Below, one piece after another: positions 17,655 to 29,762 of a DNA stretch of 64,000 bases. The notes beneath the pieces were generated by a model. That model worked only from the letters and a program-made list of their open reading frames with translations. It was not told the origin of the DNA and did no database searches. The translations under genes were made by a program, and so were the position numbers. The stretch's first letter is position 1. Each line of letters begins with the position of its first letter. Origin of the DNA: Setoptus koraiensis (taxonomy: Eukaryota; Animalia; Arthropoda); assembly GCA_048013815.1 (NCBI GenBank), contig CM106586.1:10726001-10790000 (forward strand). The letters are read 5' to 3'.

Positions 17655-19009
17655 GTGTTTGTTCTGTTTCGGCCCGTTCCGTTGCGTCGTTCGCTGGCTC
17701 GCCAGCGAATCATCGGCTCGGCCAGCCAGCCGCCAGCCAGCCAGTTAGCCAGCGACACGGCGCAGCGGACAGGGCGAGCATATGTGTGCGAGTATTGCAT
17801 AATAGTGGCGAGTGTGTTTGCAATTTTCATCTTTCTCTCTCCCCGACATTGGCTGCACAAAACCCGACTGCACTCGTTGTGCGATGATGACGACGATAGC
17901 ACTAATCACTGACCAGCGCACACTTGTAACTGCATTGTCTATCCGCCGCACACAAGCTCGCCGCGCTGTGCCTCACCGTTGCAGTGGACAGTGGCGGCGG
18001 CCGCGGCCAGGTCGCAACAAGCGAGCGGCCAGCGGATGACGTTTTCAGTTCGGATCATTGACTGGCCCGAGTGCTCCTAATAGAGGTGTCGCCTCCATTG
18101 TGCGCCGCCGCCGCCGCTCGCCGCTGCTCGTCGCAGCCCTTGCCAGCCGCCAGCCAGCAGTTTGCGAGCAGCAATCACCGTGTTAAGCATCTTACAATGC
18201 AGCAAGGGCGAATAATAAAAAAATGACAGGCCCTCGTTCTGTTACAAGTCCCGCTCGCTGCATGCTCCGTGTGTGCATATGAACCGCCTATTACGCAAGT
18301 CGTCTACATGCACACGGAATCATCGTTGTCGACGTTGACGTTGTCCGTGCGTGTGTGTGTGTGTGCGTGTGTGTGTGCGTGTGTGTGCAGAGATTTCGAA
18401 CGCTTCTCTCGCGAACTCTTTATGCGTTAGCTGGCTCGCAGCCGCGGTGGCGCTCGACACTGGCTTGCGGTGGGTGCGTAGTGTGCGCTCGGGCCGCATG
18501 CGGCGCCAGTTGACACTCGCGAGTCGCCAGCGATTAATGGTCACCGATGACCGCATTTACAAGCCGCCGCTAGCCAATGCGACAACCGAAATCACTGGCT
18601 CGCTCTCTCATTTCCCATTCACTCTCTCGTCGCGGCTCAATTTATTCGAATGGCCCACTTCTCTGTCCGGTCTGGCGGGCCGGCCGCCGCCGCCGCGAGC
18701 CGCATAGAGATAAGACACGACGACTGTGCGCGACGGGTTCAATCGGAGCACGCACGTTCTCTATCTGTCAAAGGCAGCCAATCAGCGGGCAAGACAGCGA
18801 CAAATAGGGGCGGATGGGGGCGAGAATCGCGGCCTGTCAATCTATGTGTACGCATCGTTGGTCAGCCGCTGTCGTGCACAGCGCGCACTGCGCCTCTATG
18901 CTGCACTGCAGTGCACATAGCGATTGCCTCGGCTGGCCATCGAGCCCCGATAATGAAGCAGCCAGTTTAAAATGCGACTGCCGCAGTCGGACTGCGCCGC
19001 GCGCAGTCC

Positions 19010-19090
19010 TTGTTCGCGCGCGCCTAGGCATATTCGCGCGTCTAGGCACATTCGCGCGTCTAGGCATATTCGCGCGATTTGGCATATTGG
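19010..19090. repeat. 18-bp tandem repeat (CGCGCGTCTAGGCATATT)
   Basis: About four imperfect copies. Confidence 0.8.
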
Positions 19091-21783
19091 CGAGCACACG
19101 CGTAGCTCGCAACCGCGTCTGCTCGTATATAGAAAATGTGACCCAAGCGCGTGCCACATGCGGGTCTAGCGACTTTCGCGCGCGCCCCAGTCGCTATAAC
19201 GCTCCAGTCGCTATGGCGCCCATAGGCGCACAGGTCTGCACATTGTGCGCCTTGCACAGCACAGCGCGCAGCAGAGTCTGGGTGGCTTGCCAGACTTTAT
19301 CGCCGGGCACATCTGCGATACGGCGAGACACTCGTGTGCGCACCGCCAATCTCCGGCGACAGGGGAGCCGCCATCGCCGACGGGAGCGTTGTTGCGGGCC
19401 CCACGCAATCCCGTCGGAGGCGTCGGTGGGCCCGGCGGCTCCGATGGCTCAGGCGGCGCCGAGGGGAGCAAGTGCGTCGCACAAGAAGTGTCAGCCGAGC
19501 GCGAGCGCGCATGGAAAATTTATTTTCTCTCTCCACGGGGACGCGGCGAAACTTGATTTTGAGGGGAAGCGATTGTAATGGCTGGCGCCAGCAGCGGCCC
19601 CCGATAATAATAGCTGATAGTTGTGATTAGGGCCGCTCGGGGTGATTTGAGGGCCGGCGAGTGTTGTAGTGGTGCCATCATCATTATTACATTATGCCCC
19701 CGCTAGACGTTGCTAGTCGGGGCGCGCCAGCATTTGCCAGTCAGCAGCAGCATTCGTGCACGAACCAGCTCTCGTTGGTGTGTTTGCATCACCTAGTGGC
19801 CAGCGGTTGTTAATTCGCTATCTTTGTCGATCACTTTTATGGCATCTCGCTGTCGATTTGTCGCATTATCAATGATTAGATCTATGCGACTACCTAACTG
19901 CCTAAACTGCCAAACTAACTGCCACGCCAGGCCGAGCCGGACGCCTAAACAGGCGACGACGACGACGACCAGCCAAGGCGGCGCATTTTTACCTCGAGGC
20001 TCGCAAGGAGCAACCGGCAGCCTAAAACACTCGCCCCATAACGGGGCCCATGGGTGCCAGCCCGACGAAGTGGCTGGCCAACGACGCCGGGCCGAGCAAA
20101 CAATTCAGTTGATTCAGTTGACGGGTGCGCCGTCACACAGGCCCGGCCGTCGCAGCTCCCGAGGCTGTCCGACGGTTCACCTGGGACGATGACAAATATT
20201 GGGCGCCCTCAGCGCCGCTGTGAGGCCCACGCAGTACAGGTCGGGCCGGGTTTGCGCGGGTTGTGTTGCGTCTACACTTATTAGGCCGTCGGGCCATTAT
20301 TCGGCGAGCTACGCGACATTTGGCAGTAAATAAAGCGCGCGCGCGCGCATGCAAGTTGTTAGCGGCCGCGAGCGGCTAGCTTGGCGTAATGAGCTCGCCA
20401 GCGGCGTGCGCACACAAACCGCGCCACTAGCAGCTCGTGGCGCGGTCACCGTGGCACTGAGTGCGGGGGGGGGGGCTTACCAGTGCGGGCGCAGTGGCTC
20501 AAGTTGTTGTCGCGGCACATCCACTTGGCTGGCCGTATTGGTGTGTGGGGCTTGCGGTGGCTGCTCCCCCATTATTGCCGGTGATCGATGTATTATCGAT
20601 GAAAACATGTGTGTGTGTGTGTGTGTGTGTCGACGATTGGCCAGCCCCACACGCGCCAAAATGCGATTATTAGCCGCCACTGGCGCGCGTAAACTGGCGC
20701 GCGCGAACTCGCTCGCGAAAACCGGCTCGCGAAAACCGGCTCGTGTAAACTGGCTCGTGTAACACACACACAACTCGTAAACCAATAAGCCTCGCCATTC
20801 ATTGAGCCCCCCCAACCCCCGCCACTCGATCAAGCCACGCTCAATGGGGTGATAATTTCTCGCTCAGTGTCGCCGTCGCTGGCTATCAGCATCGCTGACG
20901 GGCCGACAAATCGTTCTGCTCATCATACAATGCACGCTTGAATTGATCCGCCAGCGGATATCCGCCGCCGCCGCCGCGAAAGTCTCGCCGCGAGTGTGCC
21001 CGCAAGTCGCGCCGCGGACACCCGCCCAGGATTCAAATATCAATCTGTAGTGTGTGGATATCCACGCGGCAGCATGTTTCGGCGAGCATTCGCCAGGCAT
21101 TGGTGCGCTCTGTCTCGCTCTCTCGGATATTCACACGAATGCGGTATCACGCGAATGTGATATGGATATTCACGCGAATGCGGTATCGTGGATATCCATA
21201 CAAGTGCGGTATGGTGGATGCTGGGCCCAAATCAGAGTCGCTGTCCGCGCTCGACCCGCACGAGCGACAGAGTGCGCCTGGTGGCAATTTCGATGGCGGG
21301 CCCCATCGATTATGCGGCCCGGCGGGTTTATTTATACGCATCTCGAGCAGAGTGTCACACACGAGTCGTGTGACACCCGCGACAGAACGGGCACTTGTTA
21401 GCGCAGTTGCGGCGCTGCCAGTGGCTGCTCGCACAGGTGAATTAAGACATTCATCACGACGATCGGCGTAATCGAGCACCGGCTGATCGATGACGCAATA
21501 AGAGTGAGTGACGGCACAGGTGAACACGGCACCGATTTTAAAATGGCACGGCGGCCACAGACGCGCAATAATGCAATTAGGTGCCGTCGGTTGGCTCAAC
21601 AACGAGGCTGTTTATAAATTTATATTTTTGCGCGCCGTGCCAGCACCAACTAGAATACGCTGAAACATGTTGAAACATACCGAAATATCCTGAAATATGG
21701 CGTAGCCCCATAGAAGGACGGGGGCCCGCCGACGGGGTCCGGCTCGTGCAGAGTCTTTGCGGGCCGGGCAAGTCAGCGGAATC

Positions 21784-21839
21784 GCTGGCACGAGCTGGCA
21801 CGAGCTGGCACGAGCTGGCACGAGCTGGCGAGAGCTGGC
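21784..21839. repeat. 10-bp tandem repeat (GCTGGCACGA)n
   Basis: Four perfect plus degenerate copies; the same unit recurs at 28374-28429. Confidence 0.85.
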
Positions 21840-24343
21840 TTGTGGCCTGTGGCTTGCGGCAGCACTGATACACCAGATAGGGCGGCGGGCACTCGAAACC
21901 GGAAAATTAATTATTAGTCGCGGCGGCACAGCAATATGCCGCCGCTGGCGCGTCGTTGTGACGTGGCGTCCACACTTGACGCAACAAGCCAGCCAAGGGG
22001 CCCCGAAGAGGAAACTGGCCACTACAGTTGACGTGTGTGCACTTATTTTACGCATTATGATTGCATGCTGCTGTCCGCGCTGACACTGTTGCCAATTCAC
22101 TGACACTGTTGCCGAGTCGCCGAGTTGCCGAACCGCCGAGTTGCCGAGCCGCCGGGTCGCAACGTGTAGTGAATGATGCTTTTTCAAGCGTGTCGCCGTC
22201 GCCTATCATCGGATGGCACCCGATAATCTCATTTGTTGTCAGGTGCAGCCCGAGCTGACAGCTCGCGCTGGCTTGCGCCCCAGCTAGGTCAACTTTACAC
22301 TACTTACTTTACAGTCTGGCCATAGTATCATGTGGCACGCGTCATATCGTGCAGCGGGTCGCTTTATCGCGGAATAATGCGCGCCGGTCTTTGCAGCGCC
22401 CACTCTGTGCCATATATATAATATTATATAGCTGGATATATTATATATATATGTGTTATATCTGGCTGAGCGAGCATAATCACAAGGCCAGTTGCGACCC
22501 GGCGCATAAGTCACGGCCGGGCTCGCCACTGGTCCGGCAGCCCGAGTCGCCCGAAACCGGCCCGTCCCACTAGCGCCGGACCGAGATGTTCGCTGTGCGT
22601 CATTGGGCGGCTCGAACTGCTCGCGCTGGGGCCCGGCTCTCAGCCAGACCGGCCAGTCTGGACAGAACAGCAAGACTGGACAGACCGGGCAGACCTGCAG
22701 ACATGTTCGAGGAGCACGAGCCGAGACGGGCCAAGCGTGGCCCTCTCTGCTGCAAACAGTACGCTCGCTTTCGACATTACTCCACAATCAAGCCTAAAAC
22801 TGCAACGATGTGGCGCATGTAATGCAGTGGGCCCCGGATATCTGATACAGATTTGCGGGCGGCCCCGCGACGCGCACTGTGCGCGCTGTGCCGCCCGAGT
22901 GTGCTGTTGCTCCAGTTGCCGGCGTGTTTTGTGCTCGGCGCACAGCGACGCACTCAATGATGGCCCATCAATGATGGGCCATCATGCACCCACCGATTAT
23001 ATCGGCCGATATATCGGGCGATATATTGAGGCTCTGGCGTATGCACGTCGCCATATAATCGCGACGACGGTCTCGCCACCAGGGGCAGCAGTCTCGCCAG
23101 CGCTGTGGCGGCTGGCCAAAGTGGGGCCAAGTTGGGGCCGAGTTGCAAGGCTGCTTGATGGCTCGCCGAAACGAATGTGAGACTGCCGGCAATCCATTCA
23201 TTACTCGGCAGCCCAAGGGCCAAATAATCATCGTTTCATAATTAATTAAGTGATCGCGTTTGTGAGCCGCACGCGTGCTGGCACGCATGTCTGGCCCATC
23301 TGTTTGCCGGAACGGCGCATAGCTGCATGCTATCATATTAGAATATTAGATTGGCGCCCTTCGGGCCGGCACCGGCAGCCACTGTGGTCGCGACGGCCGG
23401 CCAGCCCGACCCGCCGAGCGGCCCGCACTGTCCTGTAACAAGCGCTCTAACTAAAGTGCCGGCGCCCGCAACTAGCTCGCGGCCAGCGATCGAGGCGTCA
23501 ACCAGTCGCCACCTCGAGCGACCGGCGTCAGCAGCGTCACACAACTGACGCAACGCGACAACCGCCGACAATCCCGTGGTGCCGCTGCGGCAGGCGCCCC
23601 CGCGCTGCCCGCAACCGCCCGCAACAGCGTGCCGCTGCTGTATGCACAGACTGTGCACATATACTACACTATAGATGATATAGTATAGATGATATACTGT
23701 GCACAAGTCGGGCAGAGGCGCCAACCGACGAGCGGCAAATCTCGGCCTGCTGTTGACTTGCCGCCGTTCGGGGGCTCGCCAGTGCGCCCACCGAGCTCGC
23801 CCGCTCCGCTCGCAAGCCGCTCCGTCGGACGGTACCGCTCGCAAGCCGCTGTCAGTGTCGGCCCGCACCGAGCGCACAGACCCGCACACGGGCCGCAAGC
23901 GAGCGCAAACAGTGCCAGCCAGCGTAAGCTTATTAGCATGGGCGCAAACGTCACACGTCACCGTTGTTTTTATCTGTCGCTTTGTTTGTCAATCGCATTA
24001 AATCGCATTGGGCGCTGATTTGTCTGGCTGGCTGCACGTAGTTGGCGCTGGCTGGCGGCTGGCGCGGCTTGTTGTAGTTGCCGGAAGCGAAGGTAATCGA
24101 GGCAAGCGCGTGCAGTTGCTGGCGCGGGCAGCACGTTTGCGCGCATAGGAAGTGCTTATTTGTGCGCTCGTGTGCGTCGGCGGATGGGGCCGGTTGTGCG
24201 GCGCGCCACGAGCAAGTCAGTTATAACAGTTGCTGACGCAGTTTCAACTTTGAACTCTGGCTCGGCACTGCGCGCGCCTCGCTCGCGGCCCGCAGCCTTA
24301 CGCTGGCAGCCTGATGTTCGCAGCCCGCATCTTTACGCTCGCA

Positions 24344-24426
24344 GCTCGGTGCTCGGTGCTCGGTGCTCGGTGCTCGGTGCTCGGTGCTCGGTGCTCGGTG
24401 CTCGGTGCTCGGTGCTCGGTGCTCGG
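24344..24426. repeat. 7-bp tandem repeat (GCTCGGT)n
   Basis: About 12 perfect copies. Confidence 0.95.
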
Positions 24427-25059
24427 GGCCCCGAGCCTCGGCCGGGCCCACAATCGATGACGCAGCTGGGGCTCAGGTGACACGCGCTGGCGACTGTGCA
24501 CCGTTGCGCCGGTGGCCAGTTGAGCAGCGCGCTTCCGTTTCCTGCAATATGACTAATATGACTAATATGACTAATATGGGCAATATGAACAGCGTGAGCA
24601 GCGTGAACAACACGAGCCGCTTGTTTGCTCAGCCTGGCCAGCGGCGGCGCAGGCTAAGCGGGCCCCCTCGTGTTGCGGGCCAGCGGGCCCCTTCGAGTTG
24701 CGGGCTAGCGGGCCCCTGCGTGTTGTGGGCGTTGTGGCACCGTGGCGTCGCGGCACGGTCGCCTCGCGGCACCGAGCGGCATAGTGGCACCGAGCGGCGT
24801 AGTGGCAACGAGCGGCGGCCAGGGGGCCCGTCGAGAGACTGGCGCGTCGGGCGGGCGCGGTCCGCGGCCGGCACACGGTCAGCGGCACAAGTGGCGGATG
24901 ACGGACACAATGCAAACAAGGGAGCCGACACTGCGCTCGCGTTTCGCCATGTCAAGTTCACTATGTGATGTTCATCATGTGATGTTCACATCACAATCAC
25001 GATTTGGCGCAGTTTGTCGCCGCTTGTCGCCACTCGCCACTCGGCGCGACTGGCCGCCA

Positions 25060-25155
25060 CTTGGCGAAATTTGGCGGAATTTGCCTAAATTCGGCGAAAT
25101 TCGGCCAAGTTCGGCCAAGTTCGGCCAGGTTCGGCCAGGTTCGGCCAAGTTCGGC
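25060..25155. repeat. 10-bp tandem repeat (TTCGGCCAAG-like)
   Basis: Graded array from TTGGCGAAAT to TTCGGCCAAG/TTCGGCCAGG. Confidence 0.8.
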
Positions 25156-28100
25156 GGGCTGAATGGCGGCCGCACGTCACCGGTAATTGGCACGGGGGCC
25201 AGATTGGGCGTACGTGCGCGACTTTGCCTGTAGTCGGGCCAGCTTGTTGTCGAGCTTGCTCGCTGCGTTCGAATGAGCCTTCGAATGAGCGTTCGAATGA
25301 GCGCGCACAGCAAAGCGCGCACGGCAACGCGCTCGCCAGAAGCCAAACCGAAAGCCAGACGCATACCAAAGCGTGCATGACAAGGTGTATACAAGATATG
25401 AGTTACATAATACAGCCCAGAGTGTGTGTGTTTAACAATTGCGGCAAGCCAGTCACGGCCTATTAATTGAAACAGACATTATTGCCGACATAATATGTGT
25501 GTTTATACTGTATACTGGCGGCGCAACAATGTATTATGTATATTATATTATGTAATAATATCGTGAGCTCGTTGCGCACTTTACACTGCGCTACGAGCGA
25601 TAGTTGGGCCGCCGCTAATTTGTTGCTCGCTGCCTGCCCAATTTGAGCGAGCATCCAAGTGGGCAACTACGCGAAATTGGATACTCTGTTGGGCCGCCCG
25701 AAAAGGTCGCTGTTGCGGTGGGCGTCGTGTCGCCGTTGTTGCTGTTGGCTGGTCGCTGTTGCCGCCACCGAGACGATGCCGAGACGATGGCGAGACGGTG
25801 CCGCTGCCGCGACGAGCCAACAGCCGAGCCAACACTGACTCGCCGCAGCGCTCATTATGCAAGCGCCCGCTTGCACTTAGTGTATTATGTTTGCATCATT
25901 AACAAACATGTAGCATCTTGGCGAGCTCATGCGTCGCCCGCCGCCCGCCGCCGCCATGAATCATGCAGCCAGACAATGCGGCCCGCAGACGACGCAGCTC
26001 GCCAAAGTAATAATAATGTTATGACAGATCGTTGCGAGCCACCGACAGTCGCCGTTGAGCAGTCACTGTTCAACAGTGACAGTCGGCCAGCGACAGCAAC
26101 AACAACAACAACAACGACACCGACCAGCAACTGCCAACGGCGCGCAACAAAACGGATTGCTGTCGCCGTCGTTGTTGCCGTCGTTGTTGCTGTCGTTGTC
26201 GCCGTCGTTGTTGTTGGCGTCGTTGCTGCTGTTGCAATGCGTCAGCGACGGCCAGCAAAACATGATATAACGCTCGTTAGATTATGATGCAAATAGTGTT
26301 CGCGCAATAAGTGCTCGGCGGCGCCAGCAACAACATTGTTGCCCACAACGCTGTTTGCGCGAGCTGCCCGCGCTCGCCTCTCTGTCGGTGCTGGCCGCGG
26401 CGCGCGACCGGGCCCCACAGGCCCGCTGTCAGCCGAGGCCGGCGCTGACAGCGGGCGCGTCGTGTCCGCCGCATCCGCGCGTCTTTCCGTGTGCTATCAG
26501 CGTTTTTCGCTCGGCATCGGTCGTGACTCGCGGGACCGCACGCTGTTACATCCATTTCGGCGAACGCATCGCCTGGCGCGAGGCGCCCGCCGACAATCGG
26601 GCCGCAATCGCTTCGCAAAATTTTGCATTTTGCGAAGCGATTTGCGACCAATTTATTTATTTCGCGCCGCCCAACACGAGCAATACAAAATATACACGAA
26701 ATGATCTGTCTATTGTATACATGCCTCAATATACATGTTTCAGTGCAGCACATGTGAAGCATGCTCGCGCACAGGTAACAATGGCCGACATGCCCCCGGC
26801 TACGCCGCTAATGATGCCCGTTGCCGTCGCTCATCCGCTGTCCATACCTCGGGTCAACTTAGTGAACGGGTTGCGCTGGCCCCCATCGGGCCTGCATCGG
26901 GCTGCATCGGGCCGAGTCGGGCTGCATCGGCCCGAAGTGGCCAGCCAACCCTCGGCAGGCGCTCTCGGCGGTCCGGCCAGACCTAGGGGCACTGTGCAGC
27001 GTGAAGAATGCGAATTTGGCGCTGCCAGCGCCACGCCGGTCAGTGGTCGGTTGAGTTTGGTCGGTTGGGCCATTTCGGGCCGGCCAGCGTTCGTTTTACA
27101 CGGCAACATCACGGGCAGTTTTACACTAACCGCATTGGCTGGCAGTGGTAACGTGACGGGTGCCGCTCATCACCGGCCGGTCACCGCTGCCCGTCGCTGG
27201 CCGAGACCCGAACGAGCTGGCTGCACGTGCCGAGCCGCACTGCACGAGCTTCTTCGGCTGCACGATCTTCTCTGGCCGCGCTGGCCGCACTGGCCGCGCC
27301 GGCCCGGCCCGGCAGCGAACGCGCCACGGACACGCGATCATTAGCCGCGCTTTCATTTCATTTCGCAGTTGTTTTCAGTGTCGGCTCTTCATTTCATGTG
27401 CTTCATTGCATGGTCTTATTTTCATGGTCACGCTGGCCGAGACCGCGCAGCGGTCACGCTCGCTTTGCCGCGGCCTGCGCAGGGGGCGTGTAGCGGTGGC
27501 CAAATTGCGGCCGAGATCGCGCCGAGATCGCGCCCACCCTCACGAACGTTCGGGCGGCCGAGTGGGGCCCGCTGAGTGGGGCCCGGACAGAGCCCGAATG
27601 GGGCCCGGACATAGCTAGAATGAGGCCAGAATGAGGCCAGCGGCCACGCTGTGGACACACAGGTTTTGTGACACAACGTGCGTGTCGGCCGGTCAGACGG
27701 GCCTGTCGGCCGGCGAGCGGCCAGCAGCGGCGAGCAAACAAGCGAGCGAGCGCCAGTTGACATTCCTGATCAACTGGCGACAGCAGCATTCTTTTTTATG
27801 CAATGTTTACAAACGGGAGCGGAATATAATATTGACACAAGGTAATCCCTGGTGCGTGTTGTCTCGCTTTTGCTGCCCACTTGCCCGCCCGCCCGCCAGA
27901 TCCGTTTTACTCGACGCATTTTACGAGATCCGCTATTGCATTTTGGAGTGGCAGTGAATAAATTTTGCGCAGCTCAATTGGCTGTCGCCTAGTCTCGCCG
28001 CAGCACCCACACCAACTGAACTGAACCAATTGAAATGGCCAATCGATTTGGGCGCGATTTGCGCCCTGACAAGGCACTCGAGTGCCCGCACAGTTTGTGC

Positions 28101-28373
28101 AAAGCGCCAATCAAGTGCCAATCGCACCGATAAGCGACCTATCGATGACGACACTATATCCATCACTGCGACTCGTCACCGGGCTAAGCCGCCCTCGCGC
28201 GTTGGCCGGCCCGCTCACGTTGGCAACGTGCTGTGCGCTGATCGCCCTCGAGGCCCCAGCGTCGAGGCCCCAGCGTCGAGGCCACGGCGTCGAGGCCACG
28301 GCGCTGAGCCAGTGCAGAGACAGCGCAGAGCTGGCGCGAGCGACGCTCGCCTCAGTGCGGCATTGGGGGCGCC

Positions 28374-28429
28374 ACGAGCTGGCACGGGCTGGCACGAGCT
28401 GGCACGGGCTGGCACGGGCTGGCACGAGC
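28374..28429. repeat. 10-bp tandem repeat (GCTGGCACG[A/G])n
   Basis: About five copies. Confidence 0.85.
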
Positions 28430-28734
28430 ACGCAACATTCCGACATTGCAACATTGTTGCTGCCGATCGCTCGTGTTTTTTCTCTCTAATCTCAAGTATT
28501 TTGCAAGCTGATCGACGCTTGCATCGCGATGCGCTGCGTGGCGCTATACGGGCAATAATAGCGGCCTCGCAACGCAGCTACGAGCTGCCGATCGCCGACT
28601 GGGGCCCGGTGTAATTGTCTCGCCGTCCGACAATGCATCTCAGGCACACGAGCGCCCAACTTGCAACTTCAATTGGCCAGCCACCGCCGCACCTAGCGAA
28701 GTAATTAGAATTAGTAAATTGGCTAACGGCGACT

Positions 28735-28837
28735 AGACGCTCGGCATCGGCGAGACGCTCGGCATCGGCGAGACGCTCGGCATCGGCGAGACGCTCGGCA
28801 TCGGCGAGACGCTCGGCATCGGCGAGACGCTCGGCAT
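28735..28837. repeat. 18-bp tandem repeat (AGACGCTCGGCATCGGCG)n
   Basis: Five perfect copies plus a partial copy. Confidence 0.95.
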
Positions 28838-29689
28838 TGGTGTCGACCAACTCGTTGCCATTGGCTCGACAAATGTCAACCAATGGAAACGTAAACGTCA
28901 ACTGGGCCATAATTGGCAGTCGCAATCGCAAAAATTTCGCCCCATTTTCGTCACACTCGCCTCACTTTCGTGACGAAAGTTTCGTCGCACTCGCAACTCA
29001 ACTTGCAGTCGACGCTGGCGAGACGATGCCGGCGAGCCGCTGCCACTCACAATGTCAGATATAACGCGGATAGTGCATGCAGAGGTGATTGACGCCGTCG
29101 GCTCCGCTCACTAGACACTAGGCATCAGACATTACATAATGATGACAAATAAACAAGCGCCGATGAGTCAGCTCGCTGGCTTACGCATACGCATGCATAC
29201 ATATGCATAGGAGCATATATACACAGCATGCATGTATACGAGCTTGCCAGCTCCCAGAACAGGCTAATGAGCCCGTTGGCGAGCTTGTCGAGGTCGACAT
29301 TTGCAAATGTTGCGCCTCGAGCCGCCATTCGAACAGGATGCCACCTGTCGGCATCCGTTTCGATTTTGTTTTGTTTGGTTCTCGTTGTTTTATTTTGTTC
29401 TCGTTGTTTTATTTTGTTCTTGTCGTTTTATTCTTATTGTTTTAATTTGTTCTTGCCAAGGCCGAACCGTGGCCACTCTCGTGGCGCTATCGGCACTCGA
29501 TCGGCGGCGTTGATTCGCAGTGAAATGTCTCTCGATCAATGAATTTGTTAAAATCGCCACCCATTAAAATCGGTATTTATTAAAATGGGTATTTATTGAG
29601 ATCGGTATTTATTGAAATTTATGAGAATGTTTTGCCAAGAGCATGCGCTTCATTTCAGCGCCGGGCCGGTCAGCGCGGCCCGCCGGAAC

Positions 29690-29762
29690 GCAGCCGGAAT
29701 GCAGCCAAAATGCAGCCGGGATGCGGCCGGGATGCAGCCGGAATGCAGCCGGGATGCGGCGG
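29690..29762. repeat. 11-bp tandem repeat (GCAGCCGG[A/G]AT-like)
   Basis: About six imperfect copies. Confidence 0.8.

Noticed and set aside
28735-28837. Tandem arrays as CRISPR-like repeats
   Set aside because: The units are directly adjacent with no unique spacers, the context is eukaryotic and there are no cas genes.
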